From the NCBI GenBank assembly GCA_963667175.2, contig CAXXXF010000018.1, positions 256,001-320,000 on the forward strand: DNA of 64,000 bases, written 5' to 3'. This DNA is from Candidatus Latescibacterota bacterium. GTDB lineage: Bacteria > Latescibacterota > UBA2968 > GCA-2709665. Positions 39,539 to 49,800 of the stretch are shown piece after piece. Numbering within the stretch: the first letter of the stretch is position 1; each line of letters opens with the position of its first letter. Below the pieces are notes generated by a model. It had not been told where the DNA came from. It saw only the letters and a program-made list of their open reading frames with translations, and made no database searches. The translations under genes were made by a program, and so were the position numbers.

Positions 39539-40723
39539 TCAGCTCAGCAACGGCCAGAAGCCGAACCCGGCCAGGATCGAACCGAGCACCAGCATCAGAA
39601 TGATGATTCCCTTCCCGAGGTCCTGTCCCTTCAGGCTTCCCAGAAGCTTCGGGTCTCTCGAGAGATAGGCGCTGGCGGCGTAGAGTTCCTCTCCCATCAG
39701 CGTGTAGTCACAGGTCGTGATGAAGAACGGAAGCTGCGTATAGGCATCGGTTGCGGCGATCTGGATGGCGCCGGTTGTGGCGCCGGTCTCCGCCAGGAGC
39801 AGGGATTCGGCATAGAAGTAACCCATCAGGAGATTCGTCGCCGGCTTCTCCCGCACCATCAGGCCCTCGAGCGCGGCCGCGTAGCTGAACTGGTCCGCAG
39901 CCGCCAGAAAGACGTTGTCCGGGTTGAACGCGTCCGGCCGTCCGGCCTCGATGCAGGATTCCTTGACCACCTCCTGGCTTACGGACATGACAATCGGATC
40001 CCGGTTTCCCACCCTGAGCTGGGTATCGTATTCCGCGGTTCGTTTTGCCACCTGGCCGAGGATATTCACGGCGGCGATGGTAGAGGGGCTGCCCATGTCC
40101 TGCAGACCGTGTACGAACAGCACAGGCTTTCCCATTTCAGTCGCCCGCCCAAGGGCTTCGTCCAGGGCGTCCAGGCCGGCCAGCCGTCGGATATAGAGGT
40201 TCTTGCGCCGGGCGAGTCGGATATATACGAGGATCAGAACGGAGAAGAGCCCGGCCAACGCGAAATTTCCGGTTTTTGTCGAATTGAAATAATTGCCGCG
40301 GGCCCGGGCCTCGACAACGGTGTAACCCCCGCCGTGGATTCCGATGCGAATAAAATACGCCTTGCCGTTTTCGATCCTGATCCTGTCCTGTCCTTCGGAA
40401 TCCCGGTAGGACTCGATGAGGGCGAAGTGACGATTCCGGTTGTCATCGTCCGAGCCGAACGTGGCGGGCTCGTCGGCCATCGTCGGCGTCGTTTTGGGAT
40501 CCAGTTCCGCAACGTGATGAAACGGGCCCTCCGCCCGTTCGGAGACACCGATGCGGTAGCGCGCGCTGTCCGGCAGGACTTCGCGCCGCCGCCAGGTGAG
40601 CGTGATGCTGTGCCCCTGGTCGTTGGGCGTGTCGAAAGCCTGGACGGCGGCCGGCGCCGTTTCGGCCGCGCCGGCCGGCGCGGCGGCGATGACAAGAACA
40701 AGAAGGAGCAACAGATGCGCCAT
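39539..40723 (-). CDS. FN3-like + DUF6754-like membrane protein
   Basis: Signal peptide, DTPNDQG..ITLTW, IRRLAGLDALDEALGRATEMG, DYTLMGEELYAASAY. Confidence 0.75.
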   Translation of the reverse strand: MAHLLLLLVLVIAAAPAGAAETAPAAVQAFDTPNDQGHSITLTWRRREVLPDSARYRIGVSERAEGPFHHVAELDPKTTPTMADEPATFGSDDDNRNRHFALIESYRDSEGQDRIRIENGKAYFIRIGIHGGGYTVVEARARGNYFNSTKTGNFALAGLFSVLILVYIRLARRKNLYIRRLAGLDALDEALGRATEMGKPVLFVHGLQDMGSPSTIAAVNILGQVAKRTAEYDTQLRVGNRDPIVMSVSQEVVKESCIEAGRPDAFNPDNVFLAAADQFSYAAALEGLMVREKPATNLLMGYFYAESLLLAETGATTGAIQIAATDAYTQLPFFITTCDYTLMGEELYAASAYLSRDPKLLGSLKGQDLGKGIIILMLVLGSILAGFGFWPLLS

Positions 40724-40812
40724 TTCGGGTCTCCTGGCGGTCCGATTCCCGCGTGCCGGATTTGTCGGTAGCGCGAAGGAACCCGGGCGCCGGCGGTTGT
40801 GTTCCGGTTGCA

Positions 40813-41934
40813 TTACGATTCGATCCTTTCGGCGTTTGCGCGGGGTATCACGGCGCGTTGCCCGTTTTCGAACTGAACTTCCAGCACGCGTACCCTGATT
40901 TCCGATTCAACGGGCGCCAGTTCGGAAGGCAGCGAAGTGACGACGCCGGTCTTTCCGAAATAGGGCGCGCGTATCGTACGGATCGGATCTCCAACGGAGA
41001 GGCCTTCACGCGCCACGGATGCCTCGGCGACGGTAGAGCAGCCCGTGTCCGGGACGATGATTTCTGGACGAAGCACGCCCGCCCGGATCTGGGTTGCCCC
41101 CGACATCGAGGCTTCGTCTCCGTTTCTTTCGTTCAGAACGTCGAATGTCTTTCGCGCCATGGCGATGTCGCCGAATCCTTCCGTGACCACAACGGTAAGG
41201 CCGATTTCCTCGGCGCCGGTAATGGCCACGCCGAGGTCATAACCCAGCAGGCTCCGCAGGTCGTGGTCACGAATGCCCCCGCCAATGAGACCGGCCGCGC
41301 CGATTTCCCGCGCCTTCCGGATCAGGTCCAGGGTGATCAGCCCGCCGGCGACGAGGATTTTCCCTGTGCACGAGACGTCGATCCGGTCTTCCGGAAGCCG
41401 CTCGTCGGGGGTTGTCGCGAGGGTATGGATGGCGCCCCAGCTCTCGCCGCCGATTCCGAAAATGCCCTGAAGAAAGGCGCCGACGGTTTCGACGACGACC
41501 CCTTCGCCAGGAATGGTTTCCACAACGGCGCCGTCCACGTAGGCCTTCACCTGCACGGGACGGGGCGGACCGCGCAGAATGACCTGGCCGGTAACCGGCG
41601 AAACGCTTTCCACGGTCCCGGTGACCGGCGACTCGACCGTGGTCTTGAACCACCTGATGAACGGCCGGGTTTCGGCGAGAGGTTCCCCGGACTCGACCGG
41701 CTCGCCCTCGTTCTTGAGCATGAAGGTCGGAAGTTCGTCTGGGGTGACGCCGAGCCTGTTGACCAGATTCAAGGTGGTCACGTCGCCAGGCAGTCCGGTC
41801 CGGGCGACCACCCGGTCGCGCCGCACGGACTCTCCCTCTGATACCAGCACCTCACCGGTGAGCGGGAGTTGCCGTTTCTTTCGTATGGTTGCCCTGCGGG
41901 TGACCCGCAGTCCGGGGGTGTACGTATGCGCCAT
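40813..41934 (-). CDS. Soluble protein with biotinyl/lipoyl-like hybrid repeats and C-terminal KOW-like domain
   Basis: MAHTYTPGL, GEVLVSEGESV, EGEPVESGEPLA..VESPVTGTV, TQIRAGVLRPE, GDPIRTIRAPYFG. Confidence 0.75.
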   Translation of the reverse strand: MAHTYTPGLRVTRRATIRKKRQLPLTGEVLVSEGESVRRDRVVARTGLPGDVTTLNLVNRLGVTPDELPTFMLKNEGEPVESGEPLAETRPFIRWFKTTVESPVTGTVESVSPVTGQVILRGPPRPVQVKAYVDGAVVETIPGEGVVVETVGAFLQGIFGIGGESWGAIHTLATTPDERLPEDRIDVSCTGKILVAGGLITLDLIRKAREIGAAGLIGGGIRDHDLRSLLGYDLGVAITGAEEIGLTVVVTEGFGDIAMARKTFDVLNERNGDEASMSGATQIRAGVLRPEIIVPDTGCSTVAEASVAREGLSVGDPIRTIRAPYFGKTGVVTSLPSELAPVESEIRVRVLEVQFENGQRAVIPRANAERIES

Positions 41935-41998
41935 GGGTCAGGATTCCGAAACCGTCACATCATGCGCCTGCGGAGAAAATGATCGGGCTGACCGGTTA

Positions 41999-43069
41999 TC
42001 AGACCTTCATTTTCGGATCGAGGGCGTCTCGCAGGCCGTCACCGAGCAGGTTGTAGAGGGTTACGGTGATAAAGATCGCGAACCCGGGCACGATCACCAG
42101 CCACCACGCCGCCGTATTGTTCCGGGCGCCCGCGAGTATCGCGCCCCATGTGATGGCCTCGGCGGGAACTCCGATGCCGAGGAAACTCAGGCCGGATTCG
42201 GCCAGGATTGCGCCCGCCACCCCGAAGGCGGCCGGAATGAGTACAGGCGCGATTGCGTTTGGCAGAATGTGGATGAACATGATCCGGCCGCTGGAATAGC
42301 CCAGGCTCTTGGCCGCGGAAACAAAGTCGTAACTCCTCACCTGCAGAAACTGCGACCGGGTGAGACGCGCGATCCCGACCCAGCCCGTGAAACCGAGGAT
42401 GATCATCACGAAGAAGAGGCTGGGCGGAAAAAACGCGGCGACCGTTATGATGAGAAAGAGGGCGGGTATGGCGGCCCAGAGCTCGAACAGACGGGAGAGA
42501 ACCAGGTCGGGCCAGCCCCCGAAATAACCCGCCAGCGCTCCCAGTGAGACGCCGATGACCATCGAAATCGCGACCGAGACCACGCCGATGGTGAGCGCGT
42601 AACGGGTTCCGTGGATCAGCCCTGACAGAACGTCCCTGCCCAGGCGGTCGGTACCCAGAAGATGCGTGATGCCGGGCGGCTCGTACTTTTCGCCCAGGTT
42701 AACGTCGCTGGGGCCGTATGGAACGGGCGGGAAAATTGCGGATTCGGCCCTGAGGCGCTTGAAATTCTTCCTTCTCCTGAGCGGCTCCGGCCAATCGGCC
42801 AGTCCGAGATAGACGGCGTACTGGCGAAAGGCAGGGAAGTAGGTCTTGCCCCTGTACTTCATATAGAAGGGTTTGTTGCCCGCGAGAAAATCCGCGAAAA
42901 TTGCCGTGAACGCGAGAACGCAGATCGCAGCAAGGCTGAAGAGGGCCGGCCGGTTTTTCCTGAACTGCCGCCAGACCAGCTGTGAGTAGGTCTGGCTCTC
43001 CTGAGCAGCCTCGGGTACGGGCGCTTCAGCGTTTGTTTCGGCGATGTCGTGTCTCAGATCGGCCGCCAT
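41999..43069 (-). CDS. oppC: Peptide ABC transporter permease
   Basis: HLLGTDRLGRDV, EAA-like loop, HILPN, GDGLRDALDPK. Confidence 0.92.
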   Translation of the reverse strand: MAADLRHDIAETNAEAPVPEAAQESQTYSQLVWRQFRKNRPALFSLAAICVLAFTAIFADFLAGNKPFYMKYRGKTYFPAFRQYAVYLGLADWPEPLRRRKNFKRLRAESAIFPPVPYGPSDVNLGEKYEPPGITHLLGTDRLGRDVLSGLIHGTRYALTIGVVSVAISMVIGVSLGALAGYFGGWPDLVLSRLFELWAAIPALFLIITVAAFFPPSLFFVMIILGFTGWVGIARLTRSQFLQVRSYDFVSAAKSLGYSSGRIMFIHILPNAIAPVLIPAAFGVAGAILAESGLSFLGIGVPAEAITWGAILAGARNNTAAWWLVIVPGFAIFITVTLYNLLGDGLRDALDPKMKV

Positions 43070-43073
43070 GGAC

Positions 43074-44375
43074 TCATCCCTGAAGACGGGAAAACTCGAT
43101 GCGTGGATCCACAACTTTCAGGAGGACGTCCGCAAGCAGTATGCCAAGCAGCGAAAGGAACGAACCGATGGTCAGAATGGCCATGACCATGGGATAGTCG
43201 CGCACGAGTACGGATTGAACGCCCAGATATCCCAGGCCCGGAATGGTGAAGATGGTTTCGATAAAGACCGAACCGGCGATGATGGCCGGCAGCAGATTCG
43301 CAAGGATTGTCACGATGGGGATCAGGGAGTTGCGGAAGACGTGCTTCAGAACCACGACTTTTTCGGGCAGGCCCTTGGCCCGGGCGGTGCGTACATAGTC
43401 CAGCCTGAGGTTTTCCAGCATGCTGGTTCGCATGAAACGGGAAAGGCCGGCGAAGCTGGCGTAGCTGGAGGCCAGAACCGGCATGGCCAGATGGTGGGCA
43501 TGGTCGGTCAGCAGACGCCAGAACCCCCACTCGGACGATGCGTCCAGAGACTGGATGCCGGAGGCGGGAAACCAGTACAGAAATTCCTTGTTGCAAAAAA
43601 ACACGATGAGCAGCATGCCAACCCAGAATGACGGCATGGACCAAAGGATGAAGGTCCCGGTGGTGAGCGCGCGGTCGGTCCGGGTGTCCTGTTTCACGGC
43701 CAGCCAGATGCCAAGCGGAAGTCCGATGACATAGGCGATGACCAGGCTGATGACGTTGATCTCAATGGTGATGGGCACGCGCGCCAGGATATGGGAGATG
43801 ACCGGCTGCTGGTCTTTGAAGGAGCGTCCGAAATTGAGGGTGACAAAGCGCCGGTCGAAGAGATGGAAGAGCAGCAGGCCGGCGCCCGTATACTGGTAGT
43901 TGTCTTCGAGCTTGACGGTCTTGCTCTCCCAGAACGAGGAACGGACGAGCGCCGGAGCCTCGTCCGGGTATTGCCGCTCGAAACTGCGTAGGAAACGCGC
44001 TTTGCGCTCCTCGTTTTCAAGTGCTGCCAACTCGCTCTTTACCGCGGGATCCAGGTCCTCGAGAAAAAGGTCCACGCGCCTGCCCGTGCGTTCGAAACTG
44101 TTGAGCGCCTCGACGTGAAGGATCAGGCTGGACAACCAGTTCAGGTACTGAACGTGCAGCGGCTTGTCCAGGCCCAGTTGGCGGCGCAGATCCTCTCGCG
44201 TTTTTTCGAAGTCGGACTTCCGTTCCGTCGAGATGCCCTCCTCTCCCGCCATGCCGCCGAGAAAGAAGTCCACCGGGTCTCCCGGCGCGAGGTGCATGAC
44301 CAGGAACGAGATGAGCGTGATGCCGATCATCGTCGGGATCATCAGCAGGCTGCGCTGGATGACGTATTGAATCAT
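43074..44375 (-). CDS. oppB: Peptide ABC transporter permease
   Basis: LAPGDP, DYVRTARAKGL, HVFRNSLIP, DPRI. Confidence 0.92.
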   Translation of the reverse strand: MIQYVIQRSLLMIPTMIGITLISFLVMHLAPGDPVDFFLGGMAGEEGISTERKSDFEKTREDLRRQLGLDKPLHVQYLNWLSSLILHVEALNSFERTGRRVDLFLEDLDPAVKSELAALENEERKARFLRSFERQYPDEAPALVRSSFWESKTVKLEDNYQYTGAGLLLFHLFDRRFVTLNFGRSFKDQQPVISHILARVPITIEINVISLVIAYVIGLPLGIWLAVKQDTRTDRALTTGTFILWSMPSFWVGMLLIVFFCNKEFLYWFPASGIQSLDASSEWGFWRLLTDHAHHLAMPVLASSYASFAGLSRFMRTSMLENLRLDYVRTARAKGLPEKVVVLKHVFRNSLIPIVTILANLLPAIIAGSVFIETIFTIPGLGYLGVQSVLVRDYPMVMAILTIGSFLSLLGILLADVLLKVVDPRIEFSRLQG

Positions 44376-44454
44376 CTGCCTTCAGGCCTCTCCGTTCGGG
44401 CGTCCCTTCATCGGGAATCGGGAAACGAGCCGCTTCGTCCTGGCTGCCCCCGGG

Positions 44455-46296
44455 TTATTGGTACAAGCGATTGCCCGCCCCGACCCACCATTCCTGGGTG
44501 TCCGCGCCTACGGCATACCAGTTGTCACCCGCGAATCGCCTGCTGTACGAGATGGCGTTGCGGGATTTCCAGAGGAACGTATAGGGCTGTTCGTCGTAGA
44601 GGATCTGCTGGAATCGCCGGTAGAGTTCGATGCGTTTGTCGACGTCGAATTCCCTGCGGTAGGTTTCCAGGATGCCGTCGACCTCCTCGTTCTTGAAACT
44701 GATGTAATTCGATCCCTGGCCCTCCGACTGCGAGGAGTGCCAGATCTGAAAGGAGTCCGGCGGCGTTCGCAGGCTGCCGGTCCATCCCAGCGTGCACGCG
44801 GCGAAATCCTTTTTGCGAACGACCCGGTCCAGGAAGATGGTCCAGTCCAGTTCCCGCACCTCGCAGACGATTCCGATGTCCTGAAGTTCATATTGCAGCG
44901 CCAGGGCGATGTCTTTGCGGAGCTGGTTGCCGGAATTGACCAGGAATTCAAACTTGAAGGGTTGTTTCTCGCCGTCGATGACCTTGTCCAGGATGCCGTC
45001 GTTGTCACTGTCCGCCCAGCCGGCCTCCTCGAGGAGAACAAGCGCTCTCTCCGGATCGTAGGGGTGGGGCTCCAGGCCGTGATTGTATTCCGGGCGGAAT
45101 TTGTGGATGGGCCCCTCGACGGTCTCCGCCAGACCGAACATCAGGTTCAATACCATGCTTTCACGGTCGGTGAGATACGTCATGGCCCTGCGTACGCGCT
45201 TGTCGCGAAAGATGGGGTGCGCGTTGTTCCAACCGATGTACACGTAACCCGATGAGTAAACCACGCTCTTTTTGAAACGCTCGACAAAGTCCGGCGACCA
45301 GCTCTTGTCCTTGAATTGCAGGGGCCTGAGCCCGAAATAGTCGATATTGCCGTTCGTGAGCTCGATAAACGCGGCCTCCTGGTCGTTGACGATCTTGAAT
45401 ACGATCTTCTCCACGTACCCCTTGTCCATCAGATCGGGTTCGCCGCGACCCCAGTAATCGGGGTTGCGGGTGAGAATCACCTTCTGACCCGTGACGACGT
45501 CTTCATCCCAGTTTTCCACGAGATAGGGGCCCGATCCGAGCATCTGCCGGTGGTAGCCGGTGTTGAACTTCTCGGCGAACTGCAACACGCGCTCCGCGTG
45601 AGGGCCGCTTTCCCAGGATCCGTCGATCAGGCTGCCTGCGTCGACGGGGTCCAACAGGCCGTCGGGGTCGTAGAAGTGTTTGGGAAGAATCTGCATGCTG
45701 CCGAGGGAAATGTTGTTCCTGAAATAGGGTTCACGGCACACGAAGCTGATTCTGAATTTGCCCTCCTGTTCAACGTCGCTGATGGCCGCGTAATAGTTGC
45801 GGAGAGAAGCTGCCAGAACTTTCGGGTTCTTGATCACCTTGATGCTGAAGAGGACGTCGTCCGCCGAAAGCGGCTTGCCGTCGGCGAAATGGACGTCGTC
45901 GCGCAGGTCGAACGTGTAGGTGAGCTTGTCGTCAGATATAGAGGGAGGTCCTTTTGCAACCAGACCTCTGAGTCTGTAGGGCGATTCGTTTTCGATATCG
46001 AGCAGCGATTCGAAAATATACTGGTGAACCTGGGAGGAACCCGAGTCGTTGGAGACGTAAGGGTTGAAATTCTCCGGATCCGAAAGAAAGTGTTGTACCA
46101 TCCAGTCGCCGTATTGCGGTTGGTCCTCGCCGGAGTACATGGCATCCACCCGTTCCGTCCCGTCCAGCACGATCGCCGGGGCCTGCCTTGTATCCATCAG
46201 CGTCTTCTGGACCCTCTGCCAGGGAGTCTCGCCGTTGCATGCGGCCGCAAGGACGCAAACCAATCCGAAGACTGCCAATCTGCGCCGGTAACCCAT
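44455..46296 (-). CDS. oppA: Peptide ABC transporter substrate-binding lipoprotein (family 5)
   Basis: Lipobox LAAAC, LRDDVHFADGKPLSADDV, GSGPY; GGAGG RBS. Confidence 0.9.
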   Translation of the reverse strand: MGYRRRLAVFGLVCVLAAACNGETPWQRVQKTLMDTRQAPAIVLDGTERVDAMYSGEDQPQYGDWMVQHFLSDPENFNPYVSNDSGSSQVHQYIFESLLDIENESPYRLRGLVAKGPPSISDDKLTYTFDLRDDVHFADGKPLSADDVLFSIKVIKNPKVLAASLRNYYAAISDVEQEGKFRISFVCREPYFRNNISLGSMQILPKHFYDPDGLLDPVDAGSLIDGSWESGPHAERVLQFAEKFNTGYHRQMLGSGPYLVENWDEDVVTGQKVILTRNPDYWGRGEPDLMDKGYVEKIVFKIVNDQEAAFIELTNGNIDYFGLRPLQFKDKSWSPDFVERFKKSVVYSSGYVYIGWNNAHPIFRDKRVRRAMTYLTDRESMVLNLMFGLAETVEGPIHKFRPEYNHGLEPHPYDPERALVLLEEAGWADSDNDGILDKVIDGEKQPFKFEFLVNSGNQLRKDIALALQYELQDIGIVCEVRELDWTIFLDRVVRKKDFAACTLGWTGSLRTPPDSFQIWHSSQSEGQGSNYISFKNEEVDGILETYRREFDVDKRIELYRRFQQILYDEQPYTFLWKSRNAISYSRRFAGDNWYAVGADTQEWWVGAGNRLYQ

Positions 46297-46309
46297 CGTT
46301 TGCCTCCAA

Positions 46310-48091
46310 TTATTGAGGATAGAGGTCCAATGCCCGGTTCCAGGCGGCAACCCGGCCGGCCGGATCCGTGTCCGGAAATGGAAGCGGCCGGCCGCGGCCG
46401 TCCAGAATCAGGCCGGCCACGCCGCCCTTGACGGTCTGGCGAATCGTCTGACCGGGCCCGGCGCCGGCGTCCCACCCCGACTCGGGATGCAGGCTGACGT
46501 CGGCCTCCTGACCGGGGCCCACGTCGAACATGTGGATGTTTCCGACTCTCAGGTCGCCGGAACCGGACCCGCCGGCCCGGTCGACTTCATACGTGGCGCA
46601 GACGTCGCCGGGTTTGCCATCGCCGGACGGCGCAACGCACGTTCCCAGATCCACGAGGCAGTCCCGTTCGAACACCTCGGCGGCGGCCTGTTCATTGACG
46701 CTTGTGAGGACTCCCAGGTGGGGCATCATGAAGATGCTGTCAACGGCCAGTCTCGTAAAGCCCTGGGGCTGGAAGGCGTCGATCAGCATTGCCGCCGACT
46801 GCGCCCGCCGGGGCGCGTGGGAGAGTACGCCGCCGCTGCCCACGAGCAGATCCAGGTCCGGCATCTGAATCAGGCTTTCGCCCGCGCCGGTCTGGTCGAA
46901 CGCGTCCGAGAGGGTGCGTTCCGTCTGCACGCCTTTCAGGCCCACGGCGAGGGCGCGGTGCTGGTGGAACGCCAGGCGCAATGCCTCACGGGCGATGGCC
47001 TGCTCGAGTTGCAGTTCCTCCAGGGTCTGGGGTACGGTCGTCGGCCGGATCATCTTGTTCTTGACGCGGTCCCTGAGGTCGGTCTCGTCGATTTCAAACG
47101 GCACCCAACGCATCACGTTTGCCAGACCGGCCTCGGCCAGCACGTTGGAGATGCTGTATGACATACCCAGGTTGGCGCTTACGGTCCGGTTGAACGTCCC
47201 GCCAAATACACTGAAGACGTCGGTGGTCGCCCCTCCGACGTCCACGCCGACGACGTTGATGTTCCGACGGCGGGCGACCGTCTCGATCAGCAGGCCGACC
47301 GCTCCGGGGGTGGGCATGATGGGCGCGCCCGTCCATTCCATCAGCTTCCTGTACCCGGGCGCCTGCGCCATCACGTGTTCCAGGAAGAGGTCGTGGATCA
47401 CCTGCCGCGCCGGACCGAGGTTTTCGCGTTCCAGCAGGGGGCGGATGTTGTCCGTGAGTTTCAGCGCGGTCTTATCGCCCAGGACTTCATGGACGTTCTG
47501 TCTCGCGTCCTTGTTTCCGGCATAGATCACGGGAAGCCGGAAACCGGCGCCGAACCGGGGCCTCGGATCCGCCGCGGCGATGAACTCGGCGAGTTCCACA
47601 ACGTGGCTCACGGTGCCGCCGTCCGTTCCCCCCGAGAGAAGCACCATGTCCGGCCGCAGATGGCGGATGCGTTCGATCTTCTGGTGGGGCAGGCGGCCGT
47701 CGTTGGAGGCGAGGACGTCCATCACGATGGCGCCCGCGCCGAGGGCCGCCCGCTGGGCGCTTTCTCCGGTCATCGCCTGGACTACCCCGCCCACCATCAT
47801 CTGGAGGCCGCCTCCGGCGCTGCTCGTGGACACGTAGACGTCGACGCCGCGGCGGCCATTTGCGGGCGTGACGATGCGTTCGCCTTCGAGGATGGCGCGC
47901 CCGGAGAGTTCTTCAACCTCCTGGATGGCGTTGAGGACGCCCCTGGTGACGTCTTCGAACGGCGCTTCGACCGTTGTGGGCGCCTCGCCGCGGCAGGTCT
48001 GCCGGTAGCATTCCCCCTCTTTTTCTATAAGGATGGCCTTGGTGGTCGTGCTGCCGCAGTCCGTGGCGATGATGACGTCCGGCTTATCCAT
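46310..48091 (-). CDS. Glutamate mutase L (GlmL/MutL)-like actin-fold ATPase
   Basis: DCGSTTTK, SSAGGGL, GGTDGG, MPTPG, DVGGATTDV, SGGVLSH (ASKHA motifs). Confidence 0.88.
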   Translation of the reverse strand: MDKPDVIIATDCGSTTTKAILIEKEGECYRQTCRGEAPTTVEAPFEDVTRGVLNAIQEVEELSGRAILEGERIVTPANGRRGVDVYVSTSSAGGGLQMMVGGVVQAMTGESAQRAALGAGAIVMDVLASNDGRLPHQKIERIRHLRPDMVLLSGGTDGGTVSHVVELAEFIAAADPRPRFGAGFRLPVIYAGNKDARQNVHEVLGDKTALKLTDNIRPLLERENLGPARQVIHDLFLEHVMAQAPGYRKLMEWTGAPIMPTPGAVGLLIETVARRRNINVVGVDVGGATTDVFSVFGGTFNRTVSANLGMSYSISNVLAEAGLANVMRWVPFEIDETDLRDRVKNKMIRPTTVPQTLEELQLEQAIAREALRLAFHQHRALAVGLKGVQTERTLSDAFDQTGAGESLIQMPDLDLLVGSGGVLSHAPRRAQSAAMLIDAFQPQGFTRLAVDSIFMMPHLGVLTSVNEQAAAEVFERDCLVDLGTCVAPSGDGKPGDVCATYEVDRAGGSGSGDLRVGNIHMFDVGPGQEADVSLHPESGWDAGAGPGQTIRQTVKGGVAGLILDGRGRPLPFPDTDPAGRVAAWNRALDLYPQ

Positions 48092-48431
48092 TCAGTCGGT
48101 TTTCCGCCTCCACGAGCGAATCGATCAGTGTCTGCACACTCCGGCGTTTCTCCAGAAAACGCACGAATCGATCGTATTCCTCGCCTGAGAAGATAAGGTT
48201 GACAAAGGGCGAAAGAAAAGTCAAAAACTGACTGCCTATAAAGTTGAACGGCCGGCCGGCTTCGAGTGCCATCAGGGCGGGAGTGGTCAATTGCCGGCGA
48301 ACCACGAACGCCGCCATTTTCGCCGCCAGCGTCCGCTCTTCCTCGGTGATGCGGTCATCCGGGGGGTCGACGGCGAACGCGTGTTCGAACCAGGCCTTAA
48401 GGCGATGCATTCGCGAGGCGGGCTTCGACAT
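48084..48431 (-). CDS. Small conserved hypothetical protein
   Basis: LEAGRPFNFIGSQ...FLEKR; overlaps the glmL-like start. Confidence 0.7.
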   Translation of the reverse strand: MSKPASRMHRLKAWFEHAFAVDPPDDRITEEERTLAAKMAAFVVRRQLTTPALMALEAGRPFNFIGSQFLTFLSPFVNLIFSGEEYDRFVRFLEKRRSVQTLIDSLVEAENRLNG

Positions 48432-48837
48432 AGGCGATGACCTCGTCGCGATTGTCGCGAAACCGCAGGAAACAGCCCCGAAACGGATCGAGCCGGTGCG
48501 GACGGTCGAAGGGGCTGAGAAACACGCCGTCCGGCAGAACGGTACGCCGGCGGATCCGGCCCCACGGGGTTGTCCGCCGCGCGCCCAGGTGGGCGATCAG
48601 GATATGCTCCTGGAGGAGTGCGTATCGTGTGGGAGCGAAGTAGCGGGACATCGAGGCCGTAAGCAGCACCGCCGCCAGGAAACCGAACGCGGGCGTTTCG
48701 AAGGCGAGGGCTGCCAGCACCGGAACCCCGAGGATGATCACGACCAGAAGGGCCGTCTTCTCGGGACGCTCGTGCCGGAGGGGATGGACGGTCCAGTGGA
48801 GTTCGGGGGCAGTTGAAGGGGTTCCCGGTCTGTCCAT
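48397..48837 (-). CDS. Small 2-TM protein with PH-like C-terminus
   Basis: WTVHP, two hydrophobic helices, FAPTRY, GVFLSPF..LDPFRG. Confidence 0.65.
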   Translation of the reverse strand: MDRPGTPSTAPELHWTVHPLRHERPEKTALLVVIILGVPVLAALAFETPAFGFLAAVLLTASMSRYFAPTRYALLQEHILIAHLGARRTTPWGRIRRRTVLPDGVFLSPFDRPHRLDPFRGCFLRFRDNRDEVIAYVEARLANASP

Positions 48838-48921
48838 GCGTGCAGGAAATCGAGGATATAGAGACGGAGGGCCGGCTTGCGTTGGGCACGCCGGCGGGGG
48901 ATCCTCGGTCGAGGCAGTTAC

Positions 48922-49797
48922 TCAGATTATTCGTCGGACGATCCGGGGTTCCTGTCTTGCATCGCTCAGGTTCCAGGCGTCCGTACCGTACTTTGTTGCG
49001 ACAAGACGTTCCGCGTCGACCCTTTCCTCCCCAGTCATGGATGATTCGTCCAGGGCGACGCCCAGGGTCGCCTCAAAGCCGTCGCGCAGGGCGCGAGCGA
49101 CCGCGTTGAATCCTGCGGGTCGATCGGCTTCCGCCAGTGAGATGGTGTGTCGTTCCAATTCCCGGCGGAAGCGTTCTTTCAGCGGCTGACCGCGGTCCGG
49201 CATCAGATCGATGAGCCGCTTGTGTTCCGGGCCCAGCAGCAGCGAGCCGTGCTGAAGGAGCGCCTCGCCGAGGCGTCGCTGGGCGCTGCCGATGATCTTC
49301 CTGCCGTCCAGTGTCACCTCGTACTGCGTTGTACTCGAAAAACAGGGGGACGTCAGGCCCTCGCCCCGCGGCGACGTCGCGGGAGAACGGCGGGGTTCGA
49401 ACTCGGCGACGACGCCCAGGCGTCTCAGGCCCGCAACCAGGCATGCGCTGATCTTCCGGTAGGACTCCTGGATGGACCCGCCCAACAGCGGGTCGTCCGC
49501 CCGGCAAAGTACGCTGTAGGTAAGTTCGTTCCAGTGGAGTACGGCGCGTCCGCCGCTGGGTCGGCGCACGAGATGAATTCCGCGGCTTCGGCATCGATCC
49601 GCGTCGACTTCGCGTCCGACCTTTTGGGCATAGCCGAACGATACGGCCGGCGGCGTCCAGCCGAACGTCCGGACCGTGGGAGGCGAGCCACCGCCCGCAA
49701 CGCCGCGCACGATGGCTTCGTCCACGGCCATATTGAAAAAGGCGTTTCCCGATCCGGTGTTCAGGAAACGCCATGGACGTGATCCGGTCTCGTGCAT
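48922..49797 (-). CDS. Lipoate-protein ligase A family / octanoyltransferase (LipM-like)
   Basis: NMAVDEA, RRPSGGRAVLH, GRKIIGSAQ, QHGS. Confidence 0.9.
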   Translation of the reverse strand: MHETGSRPWRFLNTGSGNAFFNMAVDEAIVRGVAGGGSPPTVRTFGWTPPAVSFGYAQKVGREVDADRCRSRGIHLVRRPSGGRAVLHWNELTYSVLCRADDPLLGGSIQESYRKISACLVAGLRRLGVVAEFEPRRSPATSPRGEGLTSPCFSSTTQYEVTLDGRKIIGSAQRRLGEALLQHGSLLLGPEHKRLIDLMPDRGQPLKERFRRELERHTISLAEADRPAGFNAVARALRDGFEATLGVALDESSMTGEERVDAERLVATKYGTDAWNLSDARQEPRIVRRII

Positions 49798-49800
49798 GAT

